The position numbers and the translations under genes are program-made. Source: Eledone cirrhosa (taxonomy: Eukaryota). Taken from it: a DNA stretch of 64,000 nucleotides. This document shows positions 53,201 through 64,000 of the stretch, piece by piece (within the stretch, counting starts at the first letter, position 1; every line of letters starts with the position of its first letter). The stretch covers positions 48,856,001 through 48,920,000 of the forward strand of contig OZ024743.1 of NCBI GenBank assembly GCA_964016885.1. The letters run 5' to 3'. The notes beneath the pieces were generated by a model. That model had not been told where the DNA came from, did not search any database, and was given only the letters and a program-made list of their open reading frames with translations.

Positions 53201-56200
53201 GTGTTGTGTTCAACATGGCATTGTCCCCCAACTAAGACAACAGTAGCTCTGTGTGTTGTGTTGAACATGGCATTGTCCCCAACTAAGACAACAGTAGTTC
53301 TGTGTGTTGTGTTGAACATGGCATTGTCCCACAACTAAGACAACAGTAGCTCTGTGTGTTGTGTTGAACATGGCATTGTCCCCCAACTAAGACAACAGTA
53401 GCTCTGTGTGTTGTGTTCAACATGGCATTGTCCCACAACTAAGACAACAGTAGTTCTGTGTGTTGTGTTCAACATGGCATTGTCCCCCAACTAAGACAAC
53501 AGTAGCTCTGTGTGTTGTGTTCAACATGGCATTGTCCCCAACTAAGACAACAGTAGTTCTGTGTGTTGTGTTCAACATGGCATTGTCCCCCAACTAAGAC
53601 AACAGTAGTTCTGTGTGTTGTGTTCAACATGGCATTGTCCCCCAACTAAGACAACAGTAGTTCTGTGTGTTGTGTTCAACATGGCATTGTCCCCCAACTA
53701 AGACAACAGTAGTTCTGTGTGTTGTGTTCAACATGGCATTGTCCCCCAACTAAGACAACAGTAGCTCTGTGTGTTGTGTTCAACATGGCACTGTCCCACA
53801 ACTAAGACAACAGTAGTTTTGTGTGTTGTGTTCAACATGGCATTGTCCCCCAACTAAGACAACAGTAGTTCTATTTTTTGTGTTCAACATGGCATTGTCC
53901 CCCAACTAAGACAACAGTAGCTCTGTGTGTTGTGTTCAACATGGCACTGTCCCCCAACTAAGACAACAGTAGCTCTTTGTGTTGTGTTCAACATGGCATT
54001 GTCCGCCAACTAAGACAACAGTAGGTCTGTGTGTTGTGTTCAACATGGCATTGTCCCCCAACTAAGACAACAGTAGTTCTATGTGTTGTGTTGAACATGG
54101 TATTGTCCCCCAACTAAGACAACAGTAGTTCTGTGTGTTGTGTTCAACATGGCATTGTCCCCAACTAAGACAACCGTAGCTCTGTGTGTTGTGTTCAACA
54201 TGGCATTGTCCCCCAACTAAGAAAACAGTAGTTCTATGTGTTGTGTTCAACATTGCATTGTCCCCAACTAAGACAACAGTAGTTCTGTGTGTTGTGTTCA
54301 ACATGGCATTGTCCCCCCAACTAAGACAACAGTAGTTCTATGTGTTGTGTTCAACATGGCATTGCCCCCAACTAAGACAACAGTAGTTCTATGTGTTGTG
54401 TTCAACATGGCATTGTCCCACAACTAAGACAACAGTAGCTCTGTGTGTTGTGTTCAACATGGCTTTGTCCCCCAAATAAGACAACAGTAGTTCTATGTGT
54501 TGTGTTCAACATGGCATTGTCCCCCAACTAAGACAACAGTAGTTCTGTGTGTTGTGTTCAACATGGCATTGTCCCCCAACTAAGACAACAGTAGCTCTGT
54601 GTGTTGTGTTGAACATGGCATTGTCCCCAACTAAGACAACAGTAGTTCTGTGTGTTGTGTTGAACATGGCATTGTCCCACAACTAAGACAACAGTAGCTC
54701 TGTGTGTTGTGTTGAACATGGCATTGTCCCACAACTAAGACAACAGTAGTTCTGTGTGTTGTGTTCAACATGGCATTGTCCCCCAACTAAGACAACAGTA
54801 GTTCTATTTTTTGTGTTCAACATGGCATTGTCCCCCAACTAAGACAACAGTAGTTCTATGTGTTGTGTTCAACATGGCATTGTCCCACAACTAAGACAAC
54901 AGTAGTTCTGTGTGTTGTGTTCAACATGGCATTGTCCCCAACTAAGACAACAGTAGTTCTATGTGTTGTGTTCAACATGGCATTGTCCCCCAACTAAGAC
55001 AACTGTAGTTCTGTGTGTTTTGTTCAACATGGCATTGTCCCCCAACTAATACAACAGTAGCTCTGTGTGTTGTGTTGAACATGGCATTGTCCCCAACTAA
55101 GACAACAGTAGTTCTGTGTGTTGTGTTGAACATGGCATTGTCCCCCAACTAAGACAACAGTAGCTCTGTGTGTTGTGTTCAACATGGCATTGTCCCCCAA
55201 CTAAGACAACAGTAGCTCTGTGTGTTGTGTTCAACATGGCATTGTCCCCAACTAAGACAACAGTAGTTCTGTGTGTTGTGTTCAACATGGCATTGTCCCC
55301 CAACTAAGACAACAGTAGTTCTGTGTGTTGTGTTCAACATGGCATTGTCCCCCAACTAAGACAACAGTAGTTCTGTGTGTTGTGTTCAACATGGCATTGT
55401 CCCCCAACTAAGACAACAGTAGTTCTGTGTGTTGTGTTCAACATGGCATTGTCCGCGAACTAAGACAACAGTAGCTATGTGTGTTGTGTTCAACATGGCA
55501 CTGTCCCACAACTAAGACAACAGTAGTTTTGTGTGTTGTGTTCAACATGGCATTGTCCCCCAACTAAGACAACAGTAGTTCTATTTTTTGTGTTCAACAT
55601 GGCATTGTCCCCCAACTAAGACAACAGTAGTTCTATGTGTTGTGTTCAACATGGCATTGTCCCCAACTAAGACAACAGTAGTTCTATGTGTTGCGTTCAA
55701 CATGGCATTGTCCCCCAACTAAGACAACAGTAGCTCTGTGAGTTGTGTTCAACATGGCATTGTCCGCCAACTAAGACAACAGTAGGTCTGTGTGTTGTGT
55801 TCAACATGGCATTGTCCCCCAACTAAGACAACAGTAGTTCTATGTGTTGTGTTGAACATGGTATTGTCCCCCAACTAAGACAACAGTAGTTCTGTGTGTT
55901 GTGTTCAACATGGCATTGTCCCCAACTAAGACAACAGTAGCTCTGTGTGTTGTGTTCAACATGGCATTGTCCCCCAACTAAGAAAACAGTAGTTCTATGT
56001 GTTGTGTTCAACATTGCATTGTCCCCAACTAAGACAACAGTAGTTCTGTGTGTTGTGTTCAACATGGCATTGTCCCCCCAACTAAGACAACAGTAGTTCT
56101 ATGTGTTGTGTTCAACATGGCATTGCCCCCAACTAAGACAACAGTAGTTCTATGTGTTGTGTTCAACATGGCATTGTCCCACAACTAAGACAACAGTAGC

Positions 56201-58099
56201 TCTGTGTGTTGTGTTCAACATGGCTTTGTCCCCCAACTAAGACAACAGTAGTTCTATGTGTTGTGTTCAACATGGCATTGTCCCCCAACTAAGACAACAG
56301 TAGTTCTGTGTGTTGTGTTCAACATGGCATTGTCCCCCAACTAAGACAACAGTAGCTCTGTGTGTTGTGTTGAACATGGCATTGTCCCCAACTAAGACAA
56401 CAGTAGTTCTGTGTGTTGTGTTGAACATGGCATTGTCCCACAACTAAGACAACAGTAGCTCTGTGTGTTGTGTTGAACATGGCATTGTCCCCCAACTAAG
56501 ACAACAGTAGCTCTGTGTGTTGTGTTCAACATGGCATTGTCCCACAACTAAGACAACAGTAGTTCTGTGTGTTGTGTTCAACATGGCATTGTCCCCCAAC
56601 TAAGACAACAGTAGTTCTATTTTTTGTGTTCAACATGGCATTGTCCCCCAACTAAGACAACAGTAGTTCTATGTGTTGTGTTCAACATGGCATTGTCCCA
56701 CAACTAAGACAACAGTAGTTCTGTGTGTTGTGTTCAACATGGCATTGTCCCCAACTAAGACAACAGTAGTTCTATGTGTTGTGTTCAACATGGCATTGTC
56801 CCCCAACTAAGACAACTGTAGTTCTGTGTGTTTTGTTCAACATGGCATTGTCCCACAACTAATACAACAGTAGCTCTGTGTGTTGTGTTGAACATGGCAT
56901 TGTCCCCAACTAAGACAACAGTAGTTCTGTGTGTTGTGTTGAACATGGCATTGTCCCCCAACTAAGACAACAGTAGCTCTGTGTGTTGTGTTCAACATGG
57001 CATTGTCCCCCAACTAAGACAACAGTAGCTCTGTGTGTTGTGTTCAACATGGCATTGTCCCCAACTAAGACAACAGTAGTTCTGTGTGTTGTGTTCAACA
57101 TGGCATTGTCCCCCAACTAAGACAACAGTAGTTCTGTGTGTTGTGTTCAACATGGCATTGTCCCCCAACTAAGACAACAGTAGTTCTGTGTGTTGTGTTC
57201 AACATGGCATTGTCCCCCAACTAAGACAACAGTAGTTCTGTGTGTTGTGTTCAACATGGCATTGTCCCCCAACTAAGACAACAGTAGCTCTGTGTGTTGT
57301 GTTCAACATGGCACTGTCCCACAACTAAGACAACAGTAGTTTTGTGTGTTGTGTTCAACATGGCATTGTCCCCAAACTAAGACAACAGTAGTTCTATTTT
57401 TTGTGTTCAACATGGCATTGTCCCCCAACTAAGACAACAGTAGTTCTATGTGTTGTGTTCAACATGGCATTGTCCCCAACTAAGACAACAGTAGTTCTAT
57501 GTGTTGCGTTCAACATGGCATTGTCCCCCAACTAAGACAACAGTAGCTCTGTGTGTTGTGTTCAACATGGCATTGTCCGCCAACTAAGACAACAGTAGCT
57601 CTGTGTGTTGTGTTCAACATGGCATTGTCCCCCAACTAAGAAAACAGTAGTTCTATGTGTTGTGTTCAACATTGCATTGTCCCCAACTAAGACAACAGTA
57701 GTTCTGTGTGTTGTGTTCAACATGGCATTGTCCCCCCAACTAAGACAACAGTAGTTCTATGTGTTGTGTTCAACATGGCATTGCCCCCAACTAAGACAAC
57801 AGTAGTTCTATGTGTTGTGTTCAACATGGCATTGTCCCACAACTAAGACAACAGTAGCTCTGTGTGTTGTGTTCAACATGGCTTTGTCCCCCAACTAAGA
57901 CAACAGTAGTTCTATGTGTTGTGTTCAACATGGCATTGTCCCCCAACTAAGACAACAGTAGCTCTGTGTGTTGTGTTCAACATGGCATTGTCCCCCAACT
58001 AAGAAAACAGTAGTTCTATGTGTTGTGTTCAACATTGCATTGTCCCCAACTAAGACAACAGTAGTTCTGTGTGTTGTGTTCAACATGGCATTGTCCCCC

Positions 58100-61000
58100 C
58101 AACTAAGACAACAGTAGTTCTATGTGTTGTGTTCAACATGGCATTGTCCCCCAACTAAGACAACAGTAGTTCTGTGTGTTGTGTTCAACATGGCATTGTC
58201 CCCCAACTAAGACAACAGTAGCTCTGTGTGTTGTGTTGAACATGGCATTGTCCCCAACTAAGACAACAGTAGTTCTGTGTGTTGTGTTGTACATGGCATT
58301 GTCCCACAACTAAGACAACAGTAGCTCTGTGTGTTGTGTTGAACATGGCATTGTCCCCCAACTAAGACAACAGTAGCTCTGTGTGTTGTGTTCAACATGG
58401 CATTGTCCCCAACTAAGACAACAGTAGTTCTGTGTGTTGTGTTCAACATGGCATTGTCCCCCAACTAAGACAACAGTAGTTCTGTGTGTTGTGTTCAACA
58501 TGGCATTGTCCCCCAACTAAGACAACAGTAGTTCTGTGTGTTGTGTTCAACATGGCATTGTCCCCCATCTAAGACAACAGTAGTTCTGTGTGTTGTGTTC
58601 AACATGGCATTGTCCCCCAACTAAGACAACAGTAGTTCTATGTGTTGTGTTCAACATGGCATTGTCCCCCAACTAAGACAACAGTAGCTCTGTGTGTTGT
58701 GTTCAACATGGCATTGTCCCACAACTAAGACAACAGTAGTTCTGTGTGTTGTGTTCAACATGGCATTGTCCCCCAACTAAGACAACAGTAGCTCTGTGTG
58801 TTGTGTTCAACATGGCATTGTCCCACAACTAAGACAACAGTAGTTCTGTGTGTTGTGTTCAACATGGCATTGTCCCCCAACTAAGACAACAGTAGTTCTA
58901 TTTTTTGTGTTCAACATGGCATTGTCCCCCAACTAAGACAACAGTAGTTCTGTGTGTTGTGTTCAACATGGCATTGTCCCACAACTAAGACAACAGTAGT
59001 TCTGTGTGTTGTGTTCAACATGGCATTGTCCCCAACTAAGACAACAGTAGTTCTATGTGTTGTGTTCAACATGGCATTGTCCCCCAACTAAGACAAGAGT
59101 AGCTCTGTGTTTTGTGTTCAACATGGCATTGTCCCCCAACTAAGAAAACAGCAGTTCTATGTGTTGTGTTGAACATTGCATTGTCCCCAACTAAGACAAC
59201 AGTAGTTCTGTGTGTTGTGTTCAACATGGCATTGTCCCCCCAACTAAGACAACAGTAGTTCTATGTGTTGTGTTCAACATGGCATTGCCCCCAACTAAGA
59301 CAACAGTAGTTCTATGTGTTGTGTTCAACATGGCATTGTCCCACAACTAAGACAACAGTAGCTCTGTGTGTTGTGTTCAACATGGCTTTGTCCCCCAACT
59401 AAGACAACAGTAGTTCTATGTGTTATGTTCAACATGGCATTGTCCCCCAACTAAGACAACAGTAGCTCTGTGTGTTGTGTTCAACATGGCATTGTCCCCC
59501 AACTAAGACAACAGTAGTTCTATGTGTTGTGTTCAACATGGCATTGTCCCACAACTAAGACAACAGTAGTTCTGTGTGTTGTGTTCAACATGGCATTGTC
59601 CCCAACTAAGACAACAGTAGTTCTATGTGTTGTGTTCAACATGGCATTGTCCCCCAACTAAGACAAGAGTAGCTCTGTGTTTTGTGTTCAACATGGCATT
59701 GTCCCCCAACTAAGAAAACAGCAGTTCTATGTGTTGTGTTGAACATTGCATTGTCCCCAACTAAGACAACAGTAGTTCTGTGTGTTGTGTTCAACATGGC
59801 ATTGTCCCCCCAACTAAGACAACAGTAGTTCTATGTGTTGTGTTCAACATGGCATTGCCCCCAACTAAGACAACAGTAGTTCTATCTGTTGTGTTCAACA
59901 TGGCATTGTCCCACAACTAAGACAACAGTAGCTCTGTGTGTTGTGTTCAACATGGCTTTGTCCCCCAACTAAGACAACAGTAGTTCTATGTGTTATGTTC
60001 AACATGGCATTGTCCCCCAACTAAGACAACAGTAGCTCTGTGTGTTGTGTTCAACATGGCATTGTCCCCCAACTAAGACAACAGTAGTTCTATGTGTTGT
60101 GTTCAACATGGCATTGTCCCCAACTAAGACAACAGTAGCTCTGTGTGTTGTGTTGAACATGGCATTGTCCACAACTAAGACAACAGTAGTTCTGTGTGTT
60201 GTGTTGAACATGGCATTGTCCCACAACTAAGACAACAGAAGCTCTGTGTGTTGTGTTCAACATGGCATTGTCCCCCAACTAAGACAACAGTAGCTGTGTG
60301 TGTTGTGTTCAACATGGCATTGTCCCCAACTAAGACAACAGTAGTTCTATGTGTTGTGTTCAACATGGCATTGTCCCCCAACTAAGACAACAGTAGTTCT
60401 GTGTGTTGTGTTCAACATGGCATTGTCCCCCAACTAAGACAACAGTAGTTCTGTGTGTTGTGTTCAACATGGCATTGTCCCCCATCTAAGACAACAGTAG
60501 TTCTGTGTGTTGTGTTCAACATGGCATTGTCCCCCAACTAAGACAACAGTAGTTCTATGTGTTGTGTTCAACATGGCATTGTCCCCCAACTAAGACAACA
60601 GTAGCTCTGTGTGTTGTGTTCAACATGGCATTGTCCCACAACTAAGACAACAGTAGTTCTGTGTGTTGTGTTCAACATGGCATTGTCCCCCAACTAAGAC
60701 AACAGTAGTTCTATTTTTTGTGTTCAACATGGCATTGTCCCCCAACTAAGACAACAGTAGTTCTGTGTGTTGTGTTCAACATGGCATTGTCCCCAACTAA
60801 GACAACAGTAGTTCTATGTGTTGTGTTCAACATGGCATTGTCCCCCAACTAAGACAACTGTAGTTCTGTGTGTTTTGTTCAACATGGCATTGTACCCCAA
60901 CTAAGACAACAGTAGCTCTGTGTGTTGTGTTGAACATGGCATTGTCCCCAACTAAGACAACAGTAGTTTTGTGTGTTGTGTTGAACATGGCATTGTCCCC

Positions 61001-63115
61001 CAACTAAGACAACAGTAGTTCTGTGTGTTGTGTTCAACATGGCATTGTCCCCCAACTAAGACAACAGTAGTTCTGTGTGTTGTGTTCAACATGGCATTGT
61101 CCCCCAACTAAGACAACAGTAGTTCTGTGTGTTGTGTTCAACATGGCATTGTCCCCTAACTAAGACAACAGTAGCTCTGTGTGTTGTGTTCAACATGGCA
61201 CTGTCCCACAACTAAGACAACAGTAGTTTTGTGTGTTGTGTTCAACATGGCATTGTCCCCCAACTAAGACAACAGTAGTTCTATTTTTTGTGTTCAACAT
61301 GGCATTGTCCCCCAACTAAGACAACAGTAGTTCTATGTGTTGTGTTCAACATGGCATTGTCCCACAACTAAGACAACAGTAGTTCTGTGTGTTGTGTTCA
61401 ACATGGCATTGTCCCCCAACTAAGACAACAGTAGCTCTGTGTGTTGTGTTCAACATGGCATTGTCCGCCAACTAAGACAACAGTAGGTCTGTGTGTTGTG
61501 TTCAACATGGCATTGTCCCCCAACTAAGACAACAGTAGTTCTATGTGTTGTGTTGAACATGGTATTGTCCCCCAACTAAGACAACAGTAGTTCTGTGTGT
61601 TGTGTTCAACATGGCATTGTCCCCAACTAAGACAACAGTAGCTCTGTGTGTTGTGTTCAACATGGCATTGTCCCCCAACTAAGAAAACAGTAGTTCTATG
61701 TGTTGTGTTCAACATTGCATTGTCCCCAACTAAGACAACAGTAGTTCTGTGTGTTGTGTTCAACATGGCATTGTCCCCCCAACTAAGACAACAGTAGTTC
61801 TATGTGTTGTGTTCAACATGGCATTGCCCCCAACTAAGACAACAGTAGTTCTATGTGTTGTGTTCAACATGGCATTGTCCCACAACTAAGACAACAGTAG
61901 CTCTGTGTGTTGTGTTCAACATGGCTTTGTCCCCCAACTAAGACAACAGTAGTTCTATGTGTTGTGTTCAACATGGCATTGTCCCCCAACTAAGACAACA
62001 GTAGCTCTGTGTGTTGTGTTCAACATGGCATTGTCCCCCAACAAAGACAACAGTAGTTCTATGTGTTGTGTTCAACATGGCATTGTCCCCAACTAAGACA
62101 ACAGTAGTTCTATGTGTTGTGTTCAACATGGCATTGTCCCCCAACTAAGACAACAGTAGTTCTGTGTGTTGTGTTCAACATGGCATTGTCCCCCAACTAA
62201 GACAACAGGAGCTCTGTGTGTTGTGTTGAACATGGCATTGTCCCCAACTAAGACAACAGTAGTTCTGTGTGTTGTGTTGTACATGGCATTGTCCCACAAC
62301 TAAGACAACAGTAGCTCTGTGTGTTGTGTTGAACATGGCATTGTCCCCCAACTAAGACAACAGTAGCTCTGTGTGTTGTGTTCAACATGGCATTGTCCCC
62401 AACTAAGACAACAGTAGTTCTGTGTGTTGTGTTCAACATGGCATTGTCCCCCAACTAAGACAACAGTAGTTCTGTGTGTTGTGTTCAACATGGCATTGTC
62501 CCCCAACTAAGACAACAGTAGTTCTGTGTGTTGTGTTCAACATGGCATTGTCCCCCATCTAAGACAACAGTAGTTCTGTGTGTTGTGTTCAACATGGCAT
62601 TGTCCCCCAACTAAGACAACAGTAGTTCTATGTGTTGTGTTCAACATGGCATTGTCCCCCAACTAAGACAACAGTAGCTCTGTGTGTTGTGTTCAACATG
62701 GCATTGTCCCACAACTAAGACAACAGTAGTTCTGTGTGTTGTGTTCAACATGGCATTGTCCCCCAACTAAGACAACAGTAGCTCTGTGTGTTGTGTTCAA
62801 CATGGCATTGTCCCACAACTAAGACAACAGTAGTTCTGTGTGTTGTGTTCAACATGGCATTGTCCCCCAACTAAGACAACAGTAGTTCTATTTTTTGTGT
62901 TCAACATGGCATTGTCCCCCAACTAAGACAACAGTAGTTCTATGTGTTGTGTTCAACATGGCATTGTCCCACAACTAAGACAACAGTAGTTCTGTGTGTT
63001 GTGTTCAACATGGCATTGTCCCCAACTAAGACAACAGTAGTTCTATGTGTTGTGTTCAACATGGCATTGTCCCCCAACTAAGACAAGAGTAGCTCTGTGT
63101 TTTGTGTTCAACATG
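58100..63115. repeat. About 1-kb block repeated at offset 3990 bp (about 58100-59125 and 62090-63115)
   Basis: The rare variant GTTGTACATGG occurs at 58286 and 62276, and AGACAAGAGT at 59091 and 63081. ORF pair 58258/62248 agrees. Confidence 0.85.
58950..60110. repeat. Local 570-bp (11-monomer) tandem duplication
   Basis: AGACAAGAGTAGCTCTGTGTTTTG followed by GAAAACAGCAG...GAACATTGC occurs at 59091 and 59661. Confidence 0.87.
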
Positions 63116-64000
63116 GCATCGTCCCCAACTAAGTCAACAGTAGTTCTATGTGTTGTGTTCAACATGGCATTGTCCCACAACTAAGACAACAGTAGCTCTG
63201 TGTGTTGTGTTCAACATGGCATTGTCCCCCAACTAAGACAACAGTAGCTGTGTGTGTTGTGTTCAACATGGCATTGTCCCCAACTAAGACAACAGTAGCT
63301 CTGTGTGTTGTGTTCAACATGGCATTGTCCCCCAACTAAGACAACAGTAGTTCTATGTGTTGTGTTCAACATGGCATTGTCCCCCAACTAAGACAACAGT
63401 AGCTCTGTGTGTTGTGTTCAACATGGCATTGTCCCCAACTAAGACAACAGTAGCTCTGTGTGTTGTGTTCAACATGGCATTGTCCCCCAACTAAGACAAC
63501 AGTAGTTCTATGTGTTGTGTTCAACATGGCATTGTCCCCCAACTAAGACAACAGTAGTTCCGTGTGTTGTGTTCAACATGGCATTGTCCCCCAACTAAGA
63601 CAACAGTAGTTCTGTGTGTTGTGTTCAACATGGCATTGTCCCCCAACTAAGACAACAGTAGTTCTGTGTGTTGTGTTCAACATGGCATTGTCCCCCCAAC
63701 TAAGACAACAGTAGTTTTGTGTTGTGTTCAACATGGCATTGTCCCCCAACTAAGACAACAGTAGCTCTGTGTATTGTGTTCAACATGGCATTGTCCCCAA
63801 CTAAGACAACAGTAGTTCTATGTGTTGTGTTCAACATGGCATTGTCCCGCAACTAAGACAACAGTAGCTCTGTGTGTTGTGTTCAACATGGCATTGTCAC
63901 CCAAATAAGACAACAGTAGGTCTGTGTGTTGTGTTCAACATGGCATTGTTCCCCAACTAAGACAACAGTAGTTCTATGTGTTGTGTTCAACATGGCATTG

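Larger units (their letters stand above)
1..64000. repeat. 52-bp tandem satellite array, about 1,235 head-to-tail monomers (mostly 51-53 bp), continuing to both window edges
   Basis: Positions 1-52 read CTAAGACAACAGTAGTTCTGTGTGTTGTGTTCAACATGGCATTGTCCCCCAA, and this unit recurs continuously to 64000 with only substitutions and 1-2 bp indels (mainly a C4/C5/C6 run). Copy number is estimated from a mean unit of about 51.75 bp (e.g. 1035 bp = 20 units). Confidence 0.99.

Noticed and set aside
291-62506. Numerous 60-109 aa ORFs (e.g. GDNAMLNTTHRTTVVLV and GQCHVEHNTQNYCCLSW repeats, including Cys/His-rich frames)
   Set aside because: They are translations of the satellite on both strands. They stay open only where 51-bp monomers delay the frame from reaching the TAA/TAG present in each unit. 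There is no unique sequence, and frameshifting indels are tolerated throughout.
1-64000. CRISPR-like or other repeat-spacer guide array
   Set aside because: There are no unique spacers. The entire 52-bp period is conserved, variation is limited to point changes, and no cas or other gene lies in the window.
46-64000. G-quadruplex or telomere-like potential from G4-G6 runs (minus strand TTAGTTGGGGG)
   Set aside because: There is only one long G-run per 52 bp, with loops of about 47 nt. There is no short telomeric repeat array.
1-64000. Hidden insertion, inversion, tRNA/rRNA or transposon fragment within the array
   Set aside because: Reading through the window I found no departure from the monomer longer than a few bases and no strand switch. 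The ORF track likewise shows only repeat-derived peptides.
1-64000. Rolling-circle or sequencing concatemer artefact as the origin of the whole array
   Set aside because: Variants are hierarchically shared among nested duplications with exact offsets, which indicates genuine evolutionary history rather than random error on a single template.

Overview
The whole 64-kb window is one uninterrupted head-to-tail tandem array of a 52-bp monomer (consensus CTAAGACAACAGTAGTTCTGTGTGTTGTGTTCAACATGGCATTGTCCCCCAA, 44% GC, no CpG). There are roughly 1,235 copies, all in the same orientation, and the array reaches both window edges. I found no genes, RNA genes, mobile elements or CRISPR spacers, and every listed ORF is a translation of the repeat. 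It looks like a eukaryotic satellite (possibly centromeric or heterochromatic), but I cannot identify the family or the organism. The informative content is the pattern of monomer variants: a near three-state monomer code plus C-run length variation, nested block duplications (362, 570, 1035, 2897, 3622, 3833 and 6412 bp), long-range non-adjacent copies (20.6 and 26.1 kb apart), and a left-to-right turnover of variant cassettes. The monomer also carries four overlapping inverted repeats and a helically phased HMG/Sox-type motif; any function for these is speculative. Boundaries were read by eye and are approximate to about one monomer.
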